Shown here piece by piece: positions 63,961 to 64,000 of a stretch of DNA of 64,000 nt. Each line of letters begins with the position of its first letter. The first letter of the stretch is position 1. The notes below the pieces were generated by a model. It searched no databases, was not told where the DNA came from, and saw only the letters and a list, made by a program, of their open reading frames with translations. Origin of the DNA: Leucoraja erinacea (lineage: Eukaryota); assembly GCF_028641065.1 (NCBI RefSeq), contig NC_073377.1, positions 97,278,001 to 97,342,000 of the forward strand, written 5' to 3'. A program made the position numbers and the translations under genes.

Positions 63961-64000
63961 CCAATGACATGTCTGCCTAGCCTTTCTCAACATCGGAGGA

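Overview
This is eukaryotic, repeat-rich vertebrate DNA. The mix of V-SINE/HE1-like SINEs, CR1, Rex1 and Penelope repeats suggests a cartilaginous fish such as a skate or ray (inference). The whole window appears to lie inside the PTPN13 gene on the minus strand. Five canonical GT-AG coding exons (170, 66, 186, 88 and 540 nt) splice in frame and encode most of the KIND domain plus the following linker. The start exon and downstream exons were not found and presumably lie outside the window. The introns hold CR1, Rex1/Babar (one near full-length), RTE, L2 and HERO LINE pieces, V-SINEs, Penelope remnants, two non-autonomous Helitrons, a 5.1-kb hAT-type element with TSD, two Harbinger-type MITEs, two Tc1 (DD34E) relics, a Gypsy fragment and a THAP-domain fold-back relic. 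The most notable signals are: many dispersed minimal hammerhead-ribozyme motifs in Penelope pseudo-LTRs, with a compensatory stem change; Helitron copies carrying different minisatellites at the same slot and flanking a symmetric 540-nt exon in inverted orientation; and a one-LTR Gypsy fragment sitting inside a Tc1 inverted repeat. Most entries in the ORF track are spurious or TE-derived. Family names come from recalled motifs, not database searches.
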